Source of the DNA: Dictyostelium discoideum
Taxonomy: Eukaryota
DNA length: 64,000 nt
Direction: 5' to 3'
Assembly (NCBI GenBank): GCA_000004695.1
Contig: CM000150.2
Location: 2,752,001-2,816,000, forward strand
Numbering within the stretch: position 1 is the first letter of the stretch; every line of letters starts with the position of its first letter. The notes under the pieces are model-generated. The model was not told where the DNA came from. It searched no databases and saw only the letters and a list, made by a program, of their open reading frames with translations. A program made the translations under genes and the position numbers. Shown piece by piece: positions 48,060 to 62,531 of the stretch.

Positions 48060-50510
48060 TAATGATTTTCTTTCCATTAGAGGTATTAATTGAGAAACAA
48101 ACATGGTTGGTACAATTGAATTTACTAAATTAACTTCACCCATTTCAACAGTTGAAATTTCATCAATTTGTGAAGTCCAACTTGTTTTATTTCTCATATC
48201 TAATGGTTCACCATGTTGATCATATTTTTCAGATGGGAATAGAATTTCATTTCTATCATCATTATCTTCTGGTAATAATGTACTTTCAATGATTGAAGTT
48301 GAAGAAGAACCACCAAATTTAATATCATTAACTCTAACTAAAACCATTGATTTGTCAGAATCACTATCACTATCTGATGCATTGATAATTTGCATATCAT
48401 CATCAGACGATATCTCTTGAAATTGATCAATCATTTTATCGGTTTGATTAGTTAATAAAAGTTGTTTAATTTCCTTTTCACCGGTTAACAAACTATGATA
48501 ATATGCTTTTGGTCTACGAATTGTTTGAGCAGCATTATTAATTAAAATATCAATTCTTGGGAAATTTGATTTTATATGATTTATAAATTCTTGAACAGCA
48601 GCAATACTTCTAAAATCTAAACCATAGATATGTAAACGTGATAAAATATCAGGATTTGAAGAGAACCTTTCTTTAAATGCTTCATTTGCAAGATGTGGGA
48701 ATCTTGTAGTTGCAATTACATTATAACCATAACCTAATAACAATGCAGCACATTCAAAACCAATTTTGATTCTAGCACCAGTTACCAATGCATATTTTTT
48801 ATTTAATAAATTGAAATCTTTAAATAAATTTTCATCAAATTCTGTACGTGAGAAATCATTAAATTCATTACACTCTTTACAAAGACTTGATGGTACCATA
48901 TCAAGTTTTGAATACATAATTTTCTTTTTACAAATGTAACAACTTATTAAACCATTTACAGTTAAGCATGAAATTTTCCAACAATAATCTTTTATTGGAC
49001 CAAATTTTGTAAAGCTACCAATTAAATCTGGATTTAAAATTTCATGAATTTCTTTAGCCAAGAAACGGGGTTTAAAATTTTTACGTAAAAATTCCAAAAT
49101 TCTTGACATTGGTTTAAATTGAACATGATGAAATGGAATTGAAGTATATTTTTCATATTTTTCAGAAATTGAATTTCTTGCAACACAACGATCCAAATGT
49201 TTACAATATTCAAAGTTTTTACATTGAAAACCTCTAACAGAGTATTTTTGAGAACGTTCCATCTTTGTTGTTACCAAAATTGTTCTATTATTAAATGCAA
49301 TGGCAGAACGTGGAATCATTTTAACATTACTACCATTATAACAAATTGCTGTACAATCTAAATCACAAAATATTAAATGTTCTTCAACATTTTTTGAAAA
49401 TAATGTAATGATTTGAATTGGTCTAAATTGATCACCAATAATTGTAATTGAATTTGGTGTACGTATAAAACGATAGGAATATTCATTTTTATCAATCCAT
49501 TGTTTAATTTCAATTAATAATGATTCAAGTTTACTTTCACCCATTTCAATTGTTGGTGCTGTAATAATGATATCGATATCTGATTCTGATTTTTTAAATT
49601 CTTTTTTTATTTTTGTTTGAAATTCATATTCAACAGTTTCATTGGAAAATTGTAATTTCGATTTCATTTCATCATAAAGTTTAATATATTCCAATGGTAG
49701 AGTTTCAATACATGTTACTAATGCACCACCAATTAAATATGCATTTGCTTCATTTTCATTACCATTACCAAAGGTTATATTATCTGAAAGGCCAAATGAC
49801 ATTATTGAAAGAAGTTGTTTAACAATTTCAATATTTGATGCTAATGAAAGTTCACCATACTCTGAGCCATGAATACCACGAGCTCTTGATGATATATGGT
49901 ATCTACCAATTTTTGATAATTTGAAATCATCTGGATTTTTAATATTACCTTGTTGGTTCTCTAAATCATAGACATCAAATGAATGATCTTTAACTTTTTT
50001 ATAAATCCTTTCACTAATTTCATAATCTTTACTTTCATCCATATTATTACATGCTTCATCAATATAGGCTGATCTAATCTTTAATAAATCTAATGATAAA
50101 ATTGAATCATGCAAATCTGTATTAAATAATAAATCTTTTTCAATCCAACATTTTTCATTCTCTTTTGAATTTTCTTCAATAAATTTATCAACAACACATT
50201 TAAATACTTGAGCAACTTTATCATCTAATTTAATATAAACTAAAAATAATTGAATAATTGTTACAACATCTTGAGTTTTACAATTTTTATTATTTGAAAA
50301 ATTTTCTTTAAATTTTGTATAAATTTCTTTAATATAACAATATGATTTATCAAATAAACTTTCTTTTTCACCATTATTATTATCATTATCAGTTTTATCC
50401 TCGTCTAAATATAATTTAGCCATATCTTTAATAAAAATATCATAATTTTTACCATCAATCATAAAACTTCTATATTTTTCATTATTATTATTATTATTAT
50501 TATTATCCAT
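47520..50510 (-). CDS. Large (996 aa) protein with a C-terminal short-chain dehydrogenase/reductase (SDR) Rossmann domain and an unassigned N-terminal half that includes a Cys-rich segment.
   Basis: KKYALVTGARIKIGFECAALLLGYGYNVIATTRFP is a TGxxxxIG nucleotide-binding motif. NNAA is present. The SDR domain is interrupted by an (AAT)n-encoded poly-Asn run of about 25 residues. The active-site region reads HTNMAKAAL rather than the canonical YxxxK. Confidence 0.6.
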
Positions 50511-50636
50511 TTTTTTGATTTATAATATTTAAATCTTTTAATTGGATATTTTATTTATGGAAATAAAAAAAGAAGGAAAAAAAAGAAAAAAAAAAGATTT
50601 AGGTCATTAATAATTTTATTATTTTTTTTTTTTATT

Positions 50637-50687
<51 letters not shown>

Positions 50688-51383
50688 TTTTTTTTTTTTT
50701 TTTAGAGGTTGGTGTGATAAAAAAAATTGTGCATCGGAGTGGTGAAAGTAATTTTCAATGGTGATGGCTTTATTTTTAATTTTTTTTTATTTTTTATTTT
50801 TTGCTTTTTTTTTTTTAATAATTATAATTTACATTTTCTTTTTTTTTTTTTTCTTTTATTTTTTTCCTTTATTTTTTTCTTTTTTTTTTGAATGTTTGTT
50901 TTTTTTTTTTTTTTTTTTTTATAACAAAAAAGTTATTACAAAAATTCTAATTCCATAAAAAATGACGCAACATTTTTTTTATTATTTAAATATACCCCCC
51001 CCCCCCAAATCTGAATATCGATGAAATTTAAATTAAATTTAGAACAATATTATCTGCCACCTTAAAAAATTGATCATCTAGTAAAATTGAATAAAATTTC
51101 ACTGATTTTTAATCCAAACAAATTTCCCACCAAAAAAATGAGAAAATAATCATAAAAAAAAAAAATTTTCAAAAAATAATAAAACAATTAAGAAAATTAA
51201 ATAAGCACCGTCACCAAATTTTTGATCACATTTTAAAAGATACATACCTTGAATCCCACTATTTCTTATTATCTTGGTTAGTAATCTTTGAAAAAAAAAA
51301 AAAAAAAAAAAAAAAAATAGAAAAACTATTTTTAATAAATAATTATGAAAATTAAATAAAAAAAAGATTATATAATTTTTTAT

Positions 51384-52805
51384 TTATATATTGGTATTAT
51401 TATTATTTAAAAAATAACCATTTTCAAAAGGTGAAATTTGAGGAAATAAAAAATTTAAAGTTTTATCAATTCTTTTTAAAATTCTATTATTGAATGTTTC
51501 AAAGTTATCATTTAAACAAGTTGTTTTAGGTTTATATTTTAAAGAGGTTATTAATTTTAAATATTGACGAAATTGTACATTTTTTAATGGTATTAATCTA
51601 TTGAAACCAGGTTTAACTTGAAAAGTACTATACTTTCTTGTGAATTGATTAGCAGTGAATGAAAATTGTAAATCCTTTGGATCTCTAAATCTATGAGATG
51701 AAGTTTCTTCAACCTCTTCTTCTAATTTCTTATAAATTAATTTCAATATCTTTTTATTCAATGGTAATACACCATGATCACTTCTATATCTTTTCGATTT
51801 AAACCAAAGTTTATCCAATACCCTATTAGTATTTATCATACTTGTATAATGAATACTGCCTCTTGTACCATTTTCATAGATTTCAAAATCACTTGATATT
51901 TTATGTTGTCTTTGAAATATATATGGATTAAAATTTTCATCATAAAAATCACTTGGTAAAACTGGATTACTAAAATAAATATCATCATTTAAATATAAAA
52001 AACAATTTGATACTCTTTTTGGTAAATTAAATAAATTAATTTCAATTGAATCTGAATTAAATGTTGGTAAATGTGATCTATAAAATTTAAAATTATTTTT
52101 AATTAACATGTGTGTGTCTGTATATTTTATTTATTTATTTTTTTTTTTTTTTTTTTTAACTTACTTATTTTTATAAAGTTCAGAATGAAATATAAATTCA
52201 ACATTATCATCAATAGTTGATGTATTGAACCATGTAGGTATTTGATCAGCAGTTACTATGAAAATTTTTCTAACCCATGGTGCATTTTTACGAACACTTC
52301 GTAAAGAATACTTTAAAATACCATAGTCTCTATATCTACCTTTTGTAATACTTTCTAATCTATCATTGTAATCAACATATTTTATATATTTTTCAATATT
52401 AACAGGATCTGATCCATTAACCCATGTATAAACAATATCAATATGTTTACAATCTGATTTAAATGGTTTAATTCCTTGTTCTCTTAAAAATATATTTTTA
52501 GTTTTTTTTTTTTTTTTTCCTATTAATGATGATTCTTCTTTTTTAAATAAAGTATTTGATGTTTGTTCTATTTCAACAATTTCTTTTTTTTTTTATTTTT
52601 TTTTATTTTTTTTTTTTTTGGAAATTTTGGTGGGGTTAATATAAGTTACTAGAATGTGGTAAGATATTTTTAGAAAAAAAAAAAAAAAAAATATTGTTTA
52701 GGTACCTTGTAAAAATTCAAAACTTGTCATTGAGATTATTGTTATAAAAACTAAAAATAATACAATAGCAATTGTTTTAAATCTCCATTTTAGTTTATTT
52801 ATCAT
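51384..52805 (-). CDS. Stealth-family protein (bacterial capsule/GlcNAc-1-phosphotransferase-like; CR1-CR4). Exons 52706..52805, 52165..52480 and 51384..52077.
   Basis: Exon 1 encodes the TM anchor MINKLKWRFKTIAIVLFLVFITIISMTSFEFLQ/. Exon 2 carries CR1 DIVYTWVNGSDP and CR2 LKYSLRSVRKNAPWVRKIFIVTADQIPTWF. Exon 3 carries SHLPTFNS...FLYLNDDIYF, CR3 HYTSMINTNRVL and the CR4 region. The donors are G|GTACCT and AA|GTAAGT, with acceptors AAGAG| and TTTTATAG|, and the phases are consistent. The ATG that opens listed ORF 51384..52109 lies inside intron 2. Confidence 0.65.
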
Positions 52806-52877
52806 TTTAATATTTTCATATAAACTAAAAAAATAAAAATAAAAATAAAAATAAAAATAAAACAAAACAAAATAAAA

Positions 52878-52910
<33 letters not shown>

Positions 52911-53065
52911 AAATAATTAAAAAATTAAAAATAATTAAAAAAATTAAAAAATTAAAAAAAAGGAAAAAGAAAAATCAAATGAAAAACGAAAAGTTGCAAC
53001 GATATTTTTATTTTTGTTTTTGGGTTTGTTGGATTTTTTCATTTTTTTATTTTTTTATTTTTAGG

Positions 53066-53318
53066 TTCAATTACTAGTCGGTTACAGATTTTCTTACATA
53101 ATTTTCATTATTACCCATATTGTAAAGAAAATCAATATGAGATTTAAAAGCAGCATAAAATGTTGGTTGAATATTATAATGTACATCATACTCATCACAA
53201 ACCTTTTTAATAATTGGTACTAATTCACCATAGTATTCTTGTGAAATTGATGGAAACTATTATCATTATTATTATTATTTTTTAAAAAATAAAATATTAA
53301 AATTAATAAAACTATTTC

Positions 53319-53349
<31 letters not shown>

Positions 53350-54555
53350 AAAACTTACCAAGTGATGAACAACTTGTAAATTTACACCACCCGAAAAAAA
53401 TAAACACATATATGAATTAATACCATAATCTTGAGTAGTTTTAATTTGATGAATTGCCCAATCTTCATCAACATTTGTTGGTTCATCATTTTCATTTACA
53501 CTTGTTGCAACAATTTTTAAATTATCAGCAGAATGACTAACTTGGAAACCAAAGGATAAATAAAGACCAAAAAAGAATTCAGCGATAAAGAAATAAGTTA
53601 ACAAGTTTACTAAACTATGATATTGTAATGGTATGATGAATCTAAAAACAATGAAAACCAATTTACCAATGATAAAAGAGATGATTTCAAAATTTGAAGC
53701 ATTTGCAGTTCTAACCCTTCCAATTGAACCCTCTGTGAAAACACTATAATCACATAATCTATATTTAATCGAATATAGACCATACAAAAATGGGGCGTAT
53801 ATATGCTGATATTTATAAATCCAATATTTATTTTGGTATGGTGTTACAATTCTAAAATCAACTTCACTATCGCCAATATCCGGATCTGCATTTCTAATAT
53901 TTGTATACACATGATGACCAATCACATGCTGATTACACCAATAAAAGAACGAGGCACCAATGAATAGATCGTAAGTGGCGCCTAGCCATTTCCATACTTT
54001 TGGATTATGAGAGATCGCTGAATGGCACGCATCATGCATCATATGTAATGAGAATAGACTATTGGATAATGAATACACAATTGCAAGTAAACAATTTAAA
54101 TAGAAATTTTCAATGAATGCATAATGGCTAACATAATAACTTGTAATTAAAAACCAATAAACAAATATTAATCTTGCTATTATACCAAATGCAAATTTTG
54201 GATCTTTATTTGACTTTTTAAAATGCTCTCTAACTCTTTCTTTTAATGTTGAATAGAATTTACTTTTTTCAACATATTTTGGGAATTCCATTGTTGAAAC
54301 TTGTCCAATTTCATATTGTTTTAACATTTTACTTGGTAAATCTGTCATTGGGTGATAACTTTCAAATAAATTTGTAACATCTCTACCTGCTGCTAATATT
54401 AAAACTTGTTCACCTCCTGGATGATGTTTTATAAATTTTGTAATATCATAAACTAAACCATCAATTGAAATCCAAATTCCATTTTCAATTGTATTATGTT
54501 TTGAAATTTCTTTCCATGAATATAATTTTTTAAATAATTTTTTCTCGTTTTCCAT
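53066..54555 (-). CDS. Cytochrome b5-fused front-end fatty-acid desaturase, of delta5-desaturase type (one of the two D. discoideum fad paralogues). Exons 53359..54555 and 53066..53257.
   Basis: It has the cytochrome b5 heme motif HPGGE and His boxes HDACH and HVIGHH. The third His box QVVHHL|FP spans the GTAAGT (53358)...ATAATAG (ends 53258) intron. The spliced product is 462 aa. Confidence 0.85.
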
Positions 54556-55028
54556 TTTTTTAATTTTTTTTTTTTTTTATATTAAATAAGATTAAAAATA
54601 ATTAAAATCGTTTTTTTATTATTATTTTTATAAATTATTTAAAATATAACAAACAAAAAAAAAAAAAAAAAAAAATATATCATTAAATAAAAAAAACCAC
54701 ATATAAAAAAAAAAAAAAAAAATTATTAAAAAAAAAAAAAAAAAAAAAGAATGGGTTTGTGATTGGACTAGATTTTGTGTCAATCCTCCAAACGATTTTT
54801 TTTTTTAATTAATTTTTTTTTTCTTTTTTTTTTTTTTTTTTAAAATATCTTTGTGATTGTCATTTTACAAAAAATTAAGAAGAGGTGGATTTTATTCGTT
54901 TTTTTTAAAGTTAGTTCAAAAAAATAATACATATTTTAGTTGCGGGGTAAAAGATTTTAATAACCCAAGAAACTTATTTGATAGATATTTTTTTTTTTTA
55001 TTAAAAAAAAAGTTTTAAAAAAAAAAAA

Positions 55029-55059
<31 letters not shown>

Positions 55060-55319
55060 ATATTGGTGGTTTAGTTTTTAAAAATATATTGTGATGGCAA
55101 AACATTTATTTTTATAAGAATTATTTGTAAATAAATTTTTTAAAAAAATATTGATAATGTTGTAATTACAATATTGTGTAAATTTGATTGGGTTTACAAT
55201 ATATTTTTTTTATTAAATATATATATAAATATATATAAATATATTTATTTTTTTATAAATTATTTATTTTTATTTATTTATTTATTTATTTATTTTATTA
55301 TTTTATTATTTTTTTTTTT

Positions 55320-56805
55320 TTAAAAATTTAATTTACGAATTGACATAAAAGTTGATAAAACTTCATCAGTAATTTTAGCTCTTGCTTCTTTATGACGAAT
55401 GATAATTTTATTCATAAGATCAATTAAAATTTGTTTAATTTCACCAGTCATCATTTTACCAGTTGAATATCTATGAGCGATATCTTTTAATTGTTCATCA
55501 TCTTCCAACATAAAAGTTAAATATTCATAAGTGATATCAACTGAAAGATCAGCACCATTTTTCTCTTGTTCTTCTTTAGTAGCACCACCACCAGAGAAAG
55601 CATGTTTCTTAATTTTATCTTTAACTTGATCTGGTGTATCAGAGAGATAAACTGCGGAATTTGTATCTGAAGCACTCATTTTGGTATTGTGACCTTGAAG
55701 TGCTGGGAAGAATTTACTATGAATAAGTGCTGGTTTTTGATGACCAATTCTATGTGCAATATCACGAGTCATTCTAAAGTATGGATCTTGATCAATTGCA
55801 CATGGAATTAAACAACGAATATTCTTAATCTCTGGATCATTCAATGGGAAAATATGTGGGAATGAATCTGGAAAACATGGTGCTGCTTGAACTGGTGGAA
55901 ATGTAAATTTACCAATTGCATCTGATTCTTTAAATCCAAAAATATTTTGAATCTTTTAAATTAATTAATTGAAATAAAATAAGAAATGAATTCTAAATTA
56001 GAATATACATAACCTAAAAAATTTTATGATTATCATAATAATAGTAATAATAATAATAATAATAATAATACTAATACTAAAAACATACTTGATTTAAATT
56101 AACACATCTTGCAATTTTAAGTACATTTGGATAAAGATGATGAATATATTCTAAATTTGAAAAAATAAAAGTTTTTTGAATATCAAAACCCAATGCAATG
56201 ATATCTTTAACATTGTTATGAGTAAATTTAATTGATTCTTCTAAAGTCATATCTTTCCATAAAAACTTTTCATCATTTGTCATTTGAACTACCAATGGTA
56301 CATTGAATGCATCTTGAAGATATTTTGTAAATGTAAATGGTAATAAATGTCCAAAATGTAAACTACCACTTGATGGTCCTCTACCTGTATATAAAAACCA
56401 TTTTTTACCTGATTCATGATGATCTAAAATTTCTTTTAAATCTCTTTTTTAAAATATAATAAAATTATTAATATATATTGATAATAAATATACATATAAT
56501 ATATGGTTATATCATATATTATAGTTAAATATTTTATTTTTATCATTATTATTGTGCTATTGTTGTTTTTTTATTATTATTGGAAATTACCTATGAGAGA
56601 AAAAGATTCCTCTACGTAAAAAGTGATGTGCTCTTTTACCAGTAACTTTTTCAAAACGAGCAATGAGTTCTTCACTAATAACAGTTGAACCAAATTGATC
56701 AACAAGTTTCATATAATCTACACTACCACCTGGTGCTGCTTCAACTTCCCATGGTGTAATAACTTGTTCTTTTGTTTCGTTTGTTGTTGGTGTTGTTTCA
56801 GTCAT
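55320..56805 (-). CDS. trpS: Cytoplasmic tryptophanyl-tRNA synthetase. Exons 56591..56805, 56089..56443 and 55320..55952.
   Basis: The 400-aa spliced product is collinear with human WARS1: [44 protein letters not shown]|[69 protein letters not shown]...|[27 protein letters not shown]...[18 protein letters not shown]...KMSASD...[10 protein letters not shown]... The first donor is GTAATT in phase 2 and the second is GTATGT in phase 0. Confidence 0.85.
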
Positions 56806-57100
56806 TGTTTTTTTTTATTTTTTAATTTTATTTTTAAAACAAAACAAACTCTGAAAATAATAAAAATAAAAATAAAAAAAAAAATGAATTTTTTTTTTTT
56901 TTTTTTTTTTTTGAAAAAAATAAAAATAAAGTAAAGTTTAAAATTAAAATAATTAATAAACTAATTTAATTTATTTGTCTTTAAAGTCTTTTTAATTTAA
57001 TTTAATTTAATTTATTTTATTTTAATTTCTTTTATACTAAAAATATTAAAATTAAATTTCTACTCGATTTCTCTATAATTAGTTTTCTATTAGTTTTCCC

Positions 57101-57131
<31 letters not shown>

Positions 57132-57229
57132 GACGAAAAATTGAAAATTCATTATTTTTTAATTAAAAAAACTAAAATAATTAAAAAAAAAAAAAAAAAA
57201 AAAAGATTATTAAAATAAAAAATATTTAT

Positions 57230-57829
<600 letters not shown>

Positions 57830-58325
57830 AGAAAATATTTGTTGTTTATTCCTGTTATTATTTAATTATTTCGTTATTAATTTTATTTTCCAATCTTTAT
57901 TTTATTTTATTTTTTTTTATTTTTTTTTTTTTTGTTTTCCAATTTTTTTTTTTTTTTTTTTTAACATAATTACCTTTGCATCTAATAGTTATAAAATAAA
58001 AAAAAAAATAAAAAAGTTTCCTTTATTATAATTTTTTAATAGAGTCATTTATTTATTTATCCCAATTAAGTGTCAGACACTTTTTATTGATACAGATATT
58101 AAAAAATGTTTAATTAGATATTTTTAATTTATTTTGAAAATTTTTTTTTTATTTTTTTTTTTTTTTTCAAAAGACACACTTTTTAATTTTTTTTTTATTT
58201 CTTATTTTTCAAAAGACTGACACCTTCATTTTTTGATTTAATTTTTTTTTTCCTTTTTAAAAAAAAACAATGGCCTAAAATGAACTCTTTTTGTTAATTC
58301 AATTCACATTAAAACCAAAAAGGGG

Positions 58326-58416
<91 letters not shown>

Positions 58417-59108
58417 TTTTTTAAAAAAAAAAAAAAAGAAAAATGCATTTCAAAATAATATTAAAAAAAAGACAAATCCAAAACCTAACTGGAGAACCAA
58501 TAAATCAATTTCGCCAATGTAAAAAATTTAAATTCAATACAAATTTTCAAGAAATAGAAAATCAAACAGCAGAATTTAAATTAGATCAATTAAGACAAGA
58601 GATATTTCAACTCCAACAATTACTAAAACAATTGTTATCAAATTGTATAGATTAAATAATTAAGAAACCACTAAAAATATTGGTTTAATTAAAATCATTA
58701 TAAAAAATAAAAAAATAAAAAAATAAAAAATTAAAATAAAATAAAATAAAATAAAATAAAATAAAATAAATAAAATAAAATAAAATAGAATAAAATAGAA
58801 TAAAATAGAATAAAATAAAATTAAATAAAAAAGCTATATTATTATTTAAAATGTTTAAATAATTTTTTTATTTCCATTTATAGCATACTTTTTTTTATTT
58901 TTTATTTTTTATTTTTTTTTTTGACACATTTCCTTCTCACTCGACCTCTCAACACTTTTCGGAACATTATTTATTAAAGTCTTTTTTTCTAATTTTTATT
59001 TAGTTTTAAATATAGTATCAATTCAATGAACATTGTTTTGTCAACATGACTCATAATATTAGTTTTTTATTTTTTAAAAATAAAAAATTCTTTGAAAATT
59101 ATTTTTTT

Positions 59109-59143
<35 letters not shown>

Positions 59144-59288
59144 TAAATTATTAAGAATTTTCAAAAAAAAAAAACAATAAAAAGAAAATTAATTTTCTTT
59201 TTTTTATTAATAACAATTTAAAATTATTAAAATCACTTGTTTATTTGTTTATTTACTTTATTTATTTATTTATTTATTTTAATTATAA

Positions 59289-60227
<939 letters not shown>

Positions 60228-61174
60228 AAAAAAAAAATTAAAATAAAACCAAACCACCATATTGTATAATTAATTTTTCTTTCTATTCGATTTATTATAT
60301 GATAAATTGTAATTCTTTTTTTTTTTTTTTTTTTTTTTAAAATTTATTTTAAAATTATACATTTTTTTTCTTTATTTTTTTTATTTTATAAAATTGAATG
60401 AATGAATTCCAATGTATGATTAATAATTATAAACATATTAACAGTATTAAGGAGAGAATTTTTTCTATTTTTCTTGAAAAATTAAATAAATAATGGTGAG
60501 GATGTAATTAATTGATATTTTGGTTGTCGTAAATTAAGATTTTTTAAAAATATCAAATATTTCTATTTTGATAATAATTTACAGGAGCCATTCTCGGTTG
60601 CATATGGAATAGATTTGATGCTATTTGGTTTTGAAACAGGTGAGGCAGAATATCTTGGAATTATAATACTTGGCATTTTTTTTTCTTTTTTTTAATTGTT
60701 ATTTGTTTTTTTACAGTTTGTTTTTAATGAAATAAAAATTATAAATTTCCTTCATTTTATACTTGATAATATTGTGAATCAAATAACACTGACTATTTTA
60801 AAAACTGACACCGGCACTGACACCTCTTGAAAAACCAAAATTATTTTTTTTTTAAAAACAAAATATCACAATAAACATCTCACTATTTTTTTATAGTCTA
60901 GAACAAAATTTCATCAACTACTTATGTACAAGTCTATTAGCGGCATTTGAATGAGACCTTAGCAAAGTGTATCACCCAATAAAAAAACATGAAACGTTTG
61001 CAAAGTGTGTCATCCAGTTGGTTTTCAATGACTCCCTGGCATGGTGGTTTATTGTAATAGTCTTCAAAAAAAATGGCGCTTTTTTTTTTTTTTTGAATTG
61101 GATAACGCAATTATTAGTTACTTCTCCTTGAGATGCTATATCTCATTTTATTAGTAGTTTTTTTACAGGGTTAG

Positions 61175-61205
<31 letters not shown>

Positions 61206-61886
61206 GTTTCGAATTTTGAATTGGATTATTACTTTTGATTAAACATCTTTTTTCTAAATCTTTTTTTATTTTATCGGCTTCGTGATTGATGTTGACGACA
61301 TATTTGAATTGATTTTTTTTTGAGTTTTGTCTACAATTTCGCTTATTTTTTGTAGGCATTTGTATTACTTAATATTTGTGGTGTTTTTTGTAATTTTCAT
61401 CTTATATTTCATCTTGCTCCGAATCGTTACCCGATTCTTCAACATCATCAAAATAAATTTCAAGCTATAGTATTATATTATTGGCATTTTTATTAATAAG
61501 TATATTATTATAAAATAAAATAAATAAAATAAAATAAAATAAAATAAATAAAATAAAAAAAGAAAAATAAAAAAAATAAAATAAAATAAAATATAAAATA
61601 TAAATTAAGAAAAAACATGTTAAAGCCTAGTAATCCAATATTATAATATATTTAATCGAAAAAAAAAAATGTTTGGGAAAAAAAAAAAAGATAATAGATT
61701 TTCAAATAAAATAACTCTCTGATGTTGTTATGGTTTAAATATCTTAAATTATTCACATTTATTAATTAAATCTTAAATAAAAATAAAATAAAAAAATTGA
61801 AAAAAAACATAATACCAATTTATTTAATAGTAATAGTTCAAACATATTGTGATTTTTATTTTATTCTTTCTAAATTTAACAGCAAA

Positions 61887-61917
<31 letters not shown>

Positions 61918-62531
61918 ATTCATTTTTTTTTTTTTTTAAATAACAATTTAGTTTTTTATATGAATTATTTAGATAGATTAATAGTCAAAAATATAAAGAG
62001 TGATATAAAATATAAAAATAATGAATGTAACTGTTGTAGGGAAATTTTAGAAAAAAAGATATTTAAATTAAAATAAAAAAAAGAAAAAAACGAAACTTTT
62101 TTCAATTTTAAAAAAAAAAAAAAAAAAAAAAAATTTGGTGTATACTTAAAATTAAATTGTTATTAAATTCTTAAACAACCAAATAATTGTGAATAATATA
62201 AAATAGTGAATTTTTACACTACACATATAAGCAGTGTATTTTAGTGAAAATTTAGAAAGGGAAATTCCAAAATAATTCCCCACAACAATAAACAATTGAT
62301 AATCAATCAATCATTGGTTCATTAGAACATTCTTCAAATAATTATCCATTTTTATCTTTATTCTCGCTCAATCATTCTTATTCCAATATATTAATTAAAT
62401 CTTAATGTAATTTAAAATAAAAAATAAAAATAAAAAAGATTAATTATAAAGTTTAAGTGATAAAAACAAATTATTTTTTTTTATTTGACTGTAAAGAATT
62501 ACCAAAGAAAAAAAATGAGGAGAGAATTATT

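Noticed and set aside
52078-52109. ATG at 52109 as the start of the Stealth protein (listed ORF 51384..52109)
   Set aside because: This ATG and the following 11 codons lie inside an intron. The upstream exons encode the Stealth CR1 and CR2 blocks and the TM anchor in the same gene, and the splice phases only work if this segment is removed.
52698-52880. Upstream start at 52880 (MFYFVLFYFYFYFY…) for the Stealth gene
   Set aside because: The first 25 codons translate an (AAAATA)n repeat into FYFYFY. The internal ATG at 52805 (MINKLKW…) is followed by a plausible signal-anchor, so I chose it as the start. This remains uncertain.
56695-56934. + ORF of 79 aa overlapping WARS exon 1
   Set aside because: It is antisense to the conserved N-terminus of tryptophanyl-tRNA synthetase.
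61171-61359. Minus ORF of 62 aa, Lys-rich (MPTKNKRNCRQNSKKNQFKYVVN…KKKKKKKKVN)
   Set aside because: Its C-terminal part is a poly(A) read-through. I recognised no ribosomal-protein or other small-protein match. It is kept only as a note because it could be an exon 1.
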